Both the position numbers and the translations under genes were made by a program. Below the pieces are notes generated by a model. It saw nothing but the letters and a program-made list of their open reading frames with translations, had not been told where the DNA came from and searched no databases. A stretch of 64,000 bases of DNA from Nemertoderma westbladi (Eukaryota; Animalia; Xenacoelomorpha), in contig JAUCBJ010005600.1 in assembly GCA_032718475.1 (NCBI GenBank), forward strand, positions 62,001-126,000, read 5' to 3'. Of this stretch, positions 54,803 through 64,000 are shown in pieces. How positions within the stretch are numbered: the stretch's first letter is position 1; every line of letters starts with the position of its first letter.

Positions 54803-56064
54803 CGCTGTCATAGAGTAGGAAGTTTCAAAGTCTGTTGGGAATTCCGTATAATTGCTGTTTCCGTTAAAATTATGATAAGAGTCATTTGTAGACCACACGT
54901 GACTTGGGAGTGACGCATTCGAGTTATAGGGATTAGATATGTTGAGTAAACTTGGGGAGATGTGATAGGTTGTCGGTGTTTGGTGGTCATCCGCGGTAAC
55001 ACAAGAGTTTGTGCAAGGCAGGTGGAATTCTGCAGTCTGCAGGTAGGCTGATTGTGTTTGGTCACCATTACCACTTGGAGATACAAACGAGTTTGAGGGT
55101 GGCAGGTGAAACTCGGTAGAATGCTGGTAAGTTGTCGGTGTGGTCTGGTTGTCGTTCGTTTCGGTAAAACTGGTGGATGGAATGTGAAAGGAGAATAAAC
55201 CAAAATCATCGGTAGTCGGTGGACTCTCGGGTCGTTTGTCATCGGAAACCAAAGGTTCAGACTGCATACTCTCGGTTGTATCCAATGCTTGATATTTTTG
55301 TGCTGATGGTATTGGTTGACTATTTGGCACAGGGTTACTTGGACAAGGGTCCGTGTTTGGCACATGGGTATCTGGTATGTTGTAATTATTGAGTCCAGAT
55401 AAATTACGTTTTGGGTAGCAGTTTCCGGTTGTGAATGTTCCCGGGTAACTACTTGATACAGGTGAGCCTGGGCTTTGGTAACAGTTTGGAACAGTTGAGA
55501 TGGGAGTTTGGTGACAGTTTGTGCCTGGACTTGGGTACGAGTTGTTTGGCATAAGGCTGGGATAGCAGTTTTGTACAGTTGCGCTGGGGCTGTTGTGGCA
55601 GTTTGGTATAGGTGTACCTGGGTTTTGGTATGAGTTTGGCATAGGTGTGCCTGAGTTAGGGTATGCATTTGGCAGGGGTGTGATGTCAGTACTAGGGTAG
55701 CGGTTTTGTAGAGTTGGGCTTGGGTTATGATGGCAGTTTATCAGTGGTGCACCTTGAAGTTGGTATGAATTCGACACAGGTATTCCTAAACTTGGGTAAC
55801 AGTTTGGAGCAGGTGTACCTGGGCTTAGGTAGCAGTTTTGTACTGTTTTGGTGGGGTTATGGTGAGAATTTTTCACAGGTGTGCCTGGATTAGGGGGGTA
55901 ACTATTGGGAACAGGTGTCCCTGCTCGAGGAGGGGAGTAACGGCTTGTATAACTGCTTTGTAGAGGAGTGGACTGGCAGCCAATATTAGGCTCACTATTA
56001 AACGATGATGGTTGGCTGTAAACTGATGACATGAATGAGTCTTCGTGTATTTCATTAGAGCCGC
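54803..56064 (-). CDS. Large exon encoding a Pro/Ser/Thr/Asn/Tyr-rich low-complexity region with degenerate NxYPSPGTP repeats
   Basis: Open frame of about 420 codons in AT-rich DNA; acceptor tttaatttAG (phase 1) and donor GTAAGT (phase 0). Confidence 0.75.
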
Positions 56065-56367
56065 CTAAATTAAATAACAATTAAAGGTATATCAATAACA
56101 ACACTAATAATATAAATTAATAGTTTAAAAATAGATAAATATATGGCCATTTCATTGCGCTTTTAAGAAACGGAATTTCTTTCTACACACATTTAACTTG
56201 ATTTGATTTGTCATTAATGACATTATTATTGGTTCGCAGCAAACTTAGCCCGCGTTCAAGAGGACATTGTCACAAACCTTATTAGTTTTTTTATTAAATA
56301 ATTAATAATGCAAAATCTTCAGTTTGTTTAGCGGACGTTATGGATGGGCTAACTTATTATCACCAAC

Positions 56368-56576
56368 CTGCTATCCTGATGCTAGTGTTAAGATCAGACA
56401 TAACAGAAGTGTTAATGGGATAGGCTGCTGGTGATTGGATAGAGTTAACGTTGGTATGGCGACATGATGTGTAGTAATTTTGATGGATCGCTGTTGGATC
56501 TGGAAACCGACAGTTGTAATATTGTTGCCTCGGTAACGGTGTTGGTATAGGAGGAGACAGGGTAGTTGGTGTGAAA
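56368..56576 (-). CDS. Putative upstream exon of the same gene (FTPTTLSPPIPTPLPRQQYYNCRFPDP...)
   Basis: Acceptor ttttccttttAG and donor CAG|GTTGGT. The open frame ends in phase 1, matching the next exon. Further 5' exons were not identified. Confidence 0.6.
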
Positions 56577-56759
56577 CTAAAAGGAAAAATACATATATTA
56601 TTTAATTAATGCTGCGATTATTATAAAAAACTCAGGAAATTTGGTATTTTATGAAAAAGGTGGAGGGGGTATAGGAAGGCATTCAAATTGGAGGAATATT
56701 GATATGTTAATGTGCATGCCAAAAGTAAAGTAAAGAAAAGTAAATTTTCTTCGGCCGCT

Positions 56760-56992
56760 AGGCCAGGGATTACGCACAAAGTCTGACGACTTATTTCCAA
56801 TGCGGTCCCCCCAGAATTTGACTCCCCAGAGGAAACTTCAGTACTCATTTAGCTACCACTTAAGGATGCAAGGCAGAGATGCTGGTCCCTTTAAAGCATT
56901 CGTGCCGAAACGAAAACTACCCTGGCCTATGTGAGGATCGAACCCACGACCTACAGGGGATGTGAATTCAATGCAACCACTACACCAAGGTG
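56760..56992 (-). mobile_element. tRNA-derived SINE-like element
   Basis: Minus-strand Pol III A box TGGTGTAGTGG (56987-56977) and B box GGTTCGATCC (56944-56935). There is no intact cloverleaf; the 3' boundary is approximate. Confidence 0.65.
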
Positions 56993-57382
56993 GAACCTTA
57001 GAAAACCCAGAAAGCCAAAGAAAACAATGTTGACATTTTGCACATTTAAATCAAACTTTTTAACAATATAAAACTTTGATATAACAAAAGCATTTTTACA
57101 TTACCGGTCGGTATATAACAGTGGCTCTGCATCAATATACTGTTCTGTAGGGAAACTTTTTCATACTAAAAACTTTCATCCCTTCCCTCTTTATTCCTGT
57201 AATTTCGGTCCCTAGAAATTTCCCTAGGGGGGGGGGGGGGGGGGGGGGTTGTAATTTCCCCACACGCCTGTGAAGATAATTATTAGGTAACACAATTGCA
57301 AATCTATCTCGAAGCGACATGCTGCATTGCAGCTGCATTATATATGTATTCCCAAATATTAAAATATATTATTACAACGCAA

Positions 57383-59050
57383 CAGGTTGCCTCAGAGGAC
57401 TGGTCATCCCACTTCAGCAGTCTACTTACTCGCGACGTCGACACCAAACTCCCCGTCCTACCGGAACAACCAATACCATTCCTGGACCACCCGATAGACG
57501 CAGATGAAGTTACCTCCGCCGTTCATTCACAGAAGAATCACAAAGCTGCGGGTCCCGACGGGGTTTCTAATGAATCTATGAAACTCGGTTTCAGTTTTCT
57601 TCTTCCATTTCTCCTCACTCTGTTCTCGACGTGTCTGTCGGCGGCAACCTGCCCGGCCCTTTGGCTGACCTCATATCTTCTCCCCCTTTATAAAGGAAAG
57701 GGCCCTAAAGTCTCCCCGAATTCGTATCGGGGAATCGCTCTACTTTCCTGCCTACTAAAGACATACACGACTATATTATATAATCGGCTATACCCCTGGA
57801 CCGAATCCTCAGGAATTCTCCCAAATTGCCAGTACGGTTTCCTCAAGGGGCGTTCTACGATACAAGCGGCTACGAAGCTGATTACACTAATCCGAGAGAC
57901 TTTGCGAAACCCCGGAGGACACGTGTACTGCGTGTTCGTCGACTTTTCAAAAGCTTTCGACTCGGTTAACCGCAGGAAGCTATGCTTCAAACTCTCCAAG
58001 TTGGACGTCAGTCGGGCGTTCATCGCTGCCCTCTGGGCACTGTTATCAACCAACTACGTCTGCATCTGCCATGGTGTTTTCGTCATGGACCCCATAACAC
58101 AAACGATTGGAGTTGTCCAGGGAGATAAACTGTCACCTCTCTTGTTCAGTCTATTTCTCTACGATCTCCCAGTTGTAATACTCGCTGTTGGGTGCCTCCT
58201 GTTCATGTACGCTGATGATGTAGCCATCACCGGAACCACCATCGCAGAAGTACAAGCGGGACTCGACAACCTCTCCGACTATTGCAAAGAATACGATCTG
58301 ATCGTTAATAAATCCAAAACAAAGGCCATGAAATTCCGGCGCGGTGGTCGGCTTTGTAAGTCGGACATCCTCATGTACCAAGGATCGCCTCTCGAGTTCG
58401 TCAACTCTTTCGAGTACCTCGGAGTCGTACTGACAACCACTGCTTGTGCGTCCGGTCACTACACTCACCTGCATAAACGAGGGATCTCCTCCTGCATGAG
58501 ATTGGCTTCCCGGGTCAATTTCAATAACATATCAATTGTAACAGCTGGTCGATTGTGGCGCGCGGTTGTCCTTCCGTCTACCACATACGGTTGCTCCGTC
58601 TACGGCGTTTCCGCGGCCGACGCGCCCAGCTTACCACACGTGGAGCTCGTTCGCGCGTTCTACTGGAAACTGTGGTGCGGGGTGAGCAAATACGCCTCCA
58701 CCACGGCAATCCTAAACGCGGTCGACCGCCCTGCAGAGAACGGCGAGCTCTCCCTCCTCGAACTCAGAGGCTACAGGCGCCGCGCTGCAGCCCAATTCAT
58801 CTCCAATGGCTCGCACCACAAGCTCTGCCGCAGTAAAGGGTGTTGGCGGCCGACCCCCACATGCGTCTGCCGTCTCTGCGACGACCAGGCGACGGACAAG
58901 GACCACGGCCTCAGTTGCACTGGCGTCCCGACTCTACTAACAACAGTAAAACGCTCACTGTTCCTGTACGCCGTGAAATGATCTATTCTAATTTTTACAC
59001 GATCTATTTTAAAACTTCCCCCAGCCACGCTATAACCAAACATAAAATTG
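57383..59050 (+). mobile_element. 5'-truncated LINE with an open RT + C-terminal Cys-rich ORF2 (to 58981); related to the 43555 element
   Basis: KAAGPDGV, SYRGIALLS, QYGF..GRST, FVDFSKAFDSV, GVVQGDKLSP, MYADDV, FRRGGRL, FEYLGV and CWRPTPTCVCRLC..DH..SC. GC-rich relative to its flanks. Confidence 0.93.
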
Positions 59051-59374
59051 TACAATATTTCAACCGTGCAACGACATTTTATTATATTATATATATTTTT
59101 ACTATTTTTATTATATTATTTATTCATTTTATTATATTATATATATTTTTACTATTTTTATTATATTATATATTCATTTTATTATATCCCCATCCCCAAA
59201 TAACCTATAAATAATGTGTATCCCATTTTCCATTATCTGTCATACAATACAGTATTATATGGTCACATAACAACTTTCATATTTTACAGTAGGCCTACCT
59301 ACCTTTATGTGCATGTTTATTTTATTTACACCATATGTTGGTATTAAAGCTTTCGTTTCAAAATATATTATTTG

Positions 59375-59640
59375 TCGGCTAGTCGACAAAATTGCGCCAA
59401 CATATCTCCCTATCCCCCAAGACTTTCGCAAGATTATCCGCATCTTCAAAGCCCGCGTCCGTCTCAAGAAAATTATGGACTGGCTTGCTAATTTTCTCCA
59501 TGATGCTGACGAAAAACAATATTATTATGCACCGGCTGGTCCTCACGGCGCAAGCAATGTCCTGCGAAGTGGACATTACGGTTCTGTTCATGTGTGAAGC
59601 CTGTGTGGGTGGACCAATGAGGTATATGAGGTCCAATTAT
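59375..59640 (-). pseudogene. Degenerate RTE-LINE 3' fragment
   Basis: The minus strand reads HFAGHCLRREDQPVH and FLETDAGFEDADNL..LGDREIC-W, parallel to the C-terminus of the RTE at 41497-41784. Confidence 0.6.
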
Positions 59641-60699
59641 ACTTTACATATTTTTAGCACAGATTCTTTTTATATTTATAGTATTAGCACCGCCATTCAT
59701 ATAGACATTAATTTTGAAACATTTTATGAGCACAAAAAGGTAGATTTTTCTGTAAACTTATTTATTCTCTGAAACTGAACCCATATCTGGCATATTATAT
59801 TTATGATATTATCATTATGGTACATATTAGGATAAATCGGTGACCATGTCACGTTCTCATTTACACTGGGACTCTCTATTCCTAGTCCAACCAAACCAAA
59901 CCCGTCAGAATTTATATGTTCGGCGTCTTTTCCAATACAATGTTTTGCTTCCATGTCAATTAGCCTACTTAGTATGTACTACAGTAGGGAATCAATTCGA
60001 TTTCTATGTTGGCAGGAAGGTAAAGGTAACATAATTAACACGTACAGTAGTATATAGTGTATATATTAGGATTGATACTACAGTATTTCGGATTGATCTC
60101 CGCGTCAACAAACTGCAGGCAACGGAAACGTGGTAAATTAAACCGTTTCCGCTTACAAATACAGCGACCAATATAAATAGTAGCGCGCAGTTCACCAAAC
60201 AACACTTTCCTATCCAATCTAAGTCTCTCCCTAAGTAACTGAGTGGGGTGCTAGGCAGTTACAATCATCGTTACAAAATAATTTAATTTCTTGGTAATAT
60301 AAAAAATGCGCACATTTTTTCATTACAAATTGTAACCTTTCTGTCTAAAATTATTATGAAACAATATATATATATATATATTTGTATAAATTCTAACAGT
60401 ATATTTATAGTAATATAATTTAAAAATTAGTCTTGAGATTACATATAACAGTCGTGGCGCCACCAGACAGCATCTCAAGGTTGGGTGTAGAGAAACATTC
60501 ACCCGCAGGGAATCTTCGCCCGCTAATTACTAATGAATGGAAAGGAGCAGGTTACTTAGGCATGTGATTCTAACCAAAACAGTAAACGGGAGTCAATAGC
60601 ATAGGTGACAGTTCCATATCCACCCAGCCACTTAGGTAGTCACTAATAATAAGTAATATGATATAAATTGTAATTATTAATAGGGTGAGTACTCCACCC

Positions 60700-63412
60700 G
60701 CGAGGCTGCTTGGAGATATATCCGGGTCACATGGACATGTTTGCGAGGCTGCCTGGAGATATATCCGGGTCACATGGACATGTTTGCGAGGCTGCTTGGA
60801 GATATATCCGGGTCACATGGACATGTTTGCGAGGCTGCCTGGAGATATATCCGGGTCACATGGACATGTTTGCGAGGCTGCCTGGAGATATACCCGGGTC
60901 ACATGGACATGTTTGCGAGGCTGCCTGGAGATATATCCGGGTCACATGGACATGTTTGCGAGGCTGCCTGGAGATATATCCGGGTCACATGGACATGTTT
61001 GCGAGGCTGCCTGGAGATATATCCGGGTCACATGGACATGTTTGCGAGGCTGCCTGGAGATATATCCGGGTCACATGGACATGTTTGCGAGGCTGCCTGG
61101 AGATATACCCGGGTCACATGGACATGTTTGCGAGGCTGCCTGGAGATATATCCGGGTCACATGGACATGTTTGCGAGGCTGCTTGGAGATATATCCGGGT
61201 CACATGGACATGTTTGCGAGGCTGCCTGGAGATATATCCGGGTCACATGGACATGTTTGCGAGGCTGCCTGGAGATATACCCGGGTCACATGGACATGTT
61301 TGCGAGGCTGCCTGGAGATATATCCGGGTCACATGGACATGTTTGCGAGGCTGCCTGGAGATATATCCGGGTCACATGGACATGTTTGCGAGGCTGCCTG
61401 GAGATATATCCGGGTCACATGGACATGTTTGCGAGGCTGCCTGGAGATATACCCGGGTCACATGGACATGTTTGCGAGGCTGCCTGGAGATATACCCGGG
61501 TCACATGGACATGTTTGCGAGGCTGCCTGGAGATATACCCGGGTCACATGGACATGTTTGCGAGGCTGCCTGGAGATATACCCGGGTCACATGGACATGT
61601 TTGCGAGGCTGCCTGGAGATATACCCGGGTCACATGGACATGTTTGCGAGGCTGCCTGGAGATATACCCGGGTCACATGGACATGTTTGCGAGGCTGCCT
61701 GGAGATATACCCGGGTCACATGGACATGTTTGCGAGGCTGCCTGGAGATATACCCGGGTCACATGGACATGTTTGCGAGGCTGCCTGGAGATATACCCGG
61801 GTCACATGGACATGTTTGCGGGGCTGCCTGGAGATATACCCGGGTCACATGGACATGTTTGCGAGGCTGCCTGGAGATATACCCGGGTCACATGGACATG
61901 TTTGCGAGGCTGCCTGGAGATATACCCGGGTCACATGGACATGTTTGCGGGGCTGCCTGGAGATATACCCGGGTCACATGGACATGTTTGCGAGGCTTCC
62001 TGGAGATATACCCGGGTCACATGGACATGTTTGCGAGGCTGCCTGGAGATATACCCGGGTCACATGGACATGTTTGCGAGGCTGCCTGGAGATATACCCG
62101 GGTCACATGGACATGTTTGCGAGGCTGCCTGGAGATATACCCGGGTCACATGGACATGTTTGCGAGGCTGCCTGGAGATATACCCGGATCACATGGACAT
62201 GTTTGCGAGGCTGCCTGGAGATATACCCGGGTCACATGGACATGTTTGCGAGGCTGCCTGGAGATATACCCGGGTCACATGGACATGTTTGCGAGGCTGC
62301 TTGGAGATATACCCGGGTCACATGGACATGTTTGCGAGGCTGCCTGGAGATATACCCGGGTCACATGGACATGTTTGCGAGGCTGCCTGGAGATATACCC
62401 GGGCCACATTGACATGTTTGCGAGGCTGCCTGGAGATATACCCGGGTCATATGGACATGTTTGCGAGGCTGCCTGGATATATACCCGGGTCACATGGACA
62501 TGTTTGCGGGGCTGCCTGGAGATATACCCGGGTCACATGGACATGTTTGCGAGGCTGCCTGGAGATATACCCGGGTCACATGGACATGTTTGCGAGGCTG
62601 CCTGGAGATATACCCGGGCCACATTGACATGGTTGCGAGGCTGCCTGGAGATATACCCGGGTCATATGGACATGTTTGCGAGGCTGCCTGGAGATATACC
62701 CGGGTCACATGGACAAGTTTGCGGGGCTGCCTGGAGATATACCCGGGCCACATGGACATGTTTGCGAGGCTGCCTGGAGATATACCCGGGTCACATGGAC
62801 ATGTTTGCGAGGCTGCCTGGAGATATACCCGGGTCACATGGACATGTTTGCGAGGCTGCCTGGAGATATACCCGGGTCACATGGACATGTTTGCGAGGCT
62901 GCCTGGAGATATACCCGGGTCACATGGACATGTTTGCGAGGCTGCCTGGAGATATACCCGGGTCACATGGACATGTTTGCGAGGCTGCCTGGAGATATAC
63001 CCGGGTCACATGGACATGTTTGCGAGGCTGCCTGGAGATATACCCGGGTCACATGGACATGTTTGCGAGGCTGCCTGGAGATATACCCGGGTCACATGGA
63101 CAAGTTTGCGGGGCTGCCTGGAGATATACCCGGGCCACATGGACATGTTTGCGAGGCTGCCTGGAGATATACCCGGGTCACATGGACATGTTTGCGAGGC
63201 TGCCTGGAGATATACCCGGGTCACATGGACATGTTTGCGAGGCTGCCTGGAGATATACCCGGGTCACATGGACATGCTTGCGAGGCTGCCTGGAGATATA
63301 CCCGGGTCACATCGACATGTTTGCGAGGCTGTCTGGAGATATACCCGGGTCACATGGACATGTTTGCGAGGCTGCCTGGTGATATACCCGGGTCACATGG
63401 ACATGTTTGCGA
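60700..63412. repeat. Satellite D: 43-bp unit GCGAGGCTGCCTGGAGATATA(C/T)CCGGGTCACATGGACATGTTT, about 63 copies
   Basis: Uninterrupted tandem array. Confidence 0.98.
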
Positions 63413-63545
63413 TCACACTCAGTCCACGAGATTCATCGTAATAACCAGAAATGAGACGATTATTCTGAGTTTTTACTGTCATGGTAACTAACGAACAAAC
63501 GAGTGCTTTACATCTTTATATCAATTAATTTCTGCCACTAGGGCC

Positions 63546-63841
63546 CACAGAATTGGTGCAGTAGACAGACACACAGAACTGGTGCAGTAGTCAGACACAC
63601 AGAACTGGTACAGTAGTCAGACACACAGAACTGGTACAGTAGACAGACACACAGAACTGGTGCAGTAGACAGACACACAGAACTGGTGCAGTAGACAGAC
63701 ACACAGAACTGGTGCAGTAGTCAGACACACAGAACTGGTACAGTAGACAGACACACAGAACTGGTGCAGTAGACAGACACACAGAACTGGTGCAGTAGAC
63801 AGACACACAGAACTGGTACAGTAGACAGACACACAGAACTG
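63546..63841. repeat. Minisatellite E: 26-bp unit CACAGAACTGGT(G/A)CAGTAG(A/T)CAGACA, about 11 copies
   Basis: The 26-bp period is visible (agaactgg at 63601, 63627 and 63653). Confidence 0.95.
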
Positions 63842-64000
63842 AACAAAAATTGATACTTGAGCGGACCAAAAATGTGTATGTCATTAGCAGGGATGTGATA
63901 CACTTGGTGGTGGAAAACCCCCATGTCTTTGAGTCTGTACCTAACTAGCACACCAAAAACATAGTTCGGTTGGAATTAATGATGTCTAGACGGGACACCC

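Noticed and set aside
56920-56992. Possible tRNA gene
   Set aside because: A and B boxes are present but no convincing acceptor or anticodon stems; treated as a SINE head.
59520-59610. Plus-strand GHYG...MCEAC resembling a nuclear-receptor zinc-finger P-box
   Set aside because: It requires frameshifts and lacks correct Cys spacing; the opposite strand is better explained as an RTE-LINE 3' fragment.
60685-63491. Long ORFs in three frames (575-890 aa)
   Set aside because: Artefact of a stop-free 43-bp satellite monomer whose length is not a multiple of three.

Overview
This is eukaryotic (metazoan invertebrate-like) DNA: AT-rich, with introns, and dominated by transposable elements and young satellite arrays. 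No prokaryotic operon or CRISPR array is supported. Two host genes can be built by hand. The first is on the + strand and has two exons (20939-27510, 29139-29283). It encodes a secreted protein: signal peptide, C-type lectin domain, about 1,750 aa of 11-residue Pro/Thr/Ser mucin repeats, a ZP domain and a furin-type site, with no transmembrane segment. The second is the 3' four exons of a minus-strand gene for a Pro/Ser/Thr/Asn-rich protein (56576->53777). Mobile elements include: a hAT-like DNA transposon (11048-20859) interrupted by a full-length Mag-type Gypsy element (14268-19413, TSD AGGTC); two further Gypsy remnants; several LINEs; a tandem ORF1-only element; a Helentron/HINE-like element; foldback MITEs; and a tRNA-derived SINE. 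Satellites have units of 32, 11/12, 51, 43 and 26 bp. The most striking observation is that the 7-kb 51-bp satellite is an in-frame amplification of the Cys-rich C-terminus of a LINE ORF2, and a related unexpanded LINE lies 7 kb away. All calls are by eye; copy numbers are estimates and family assignments need database confirmation.
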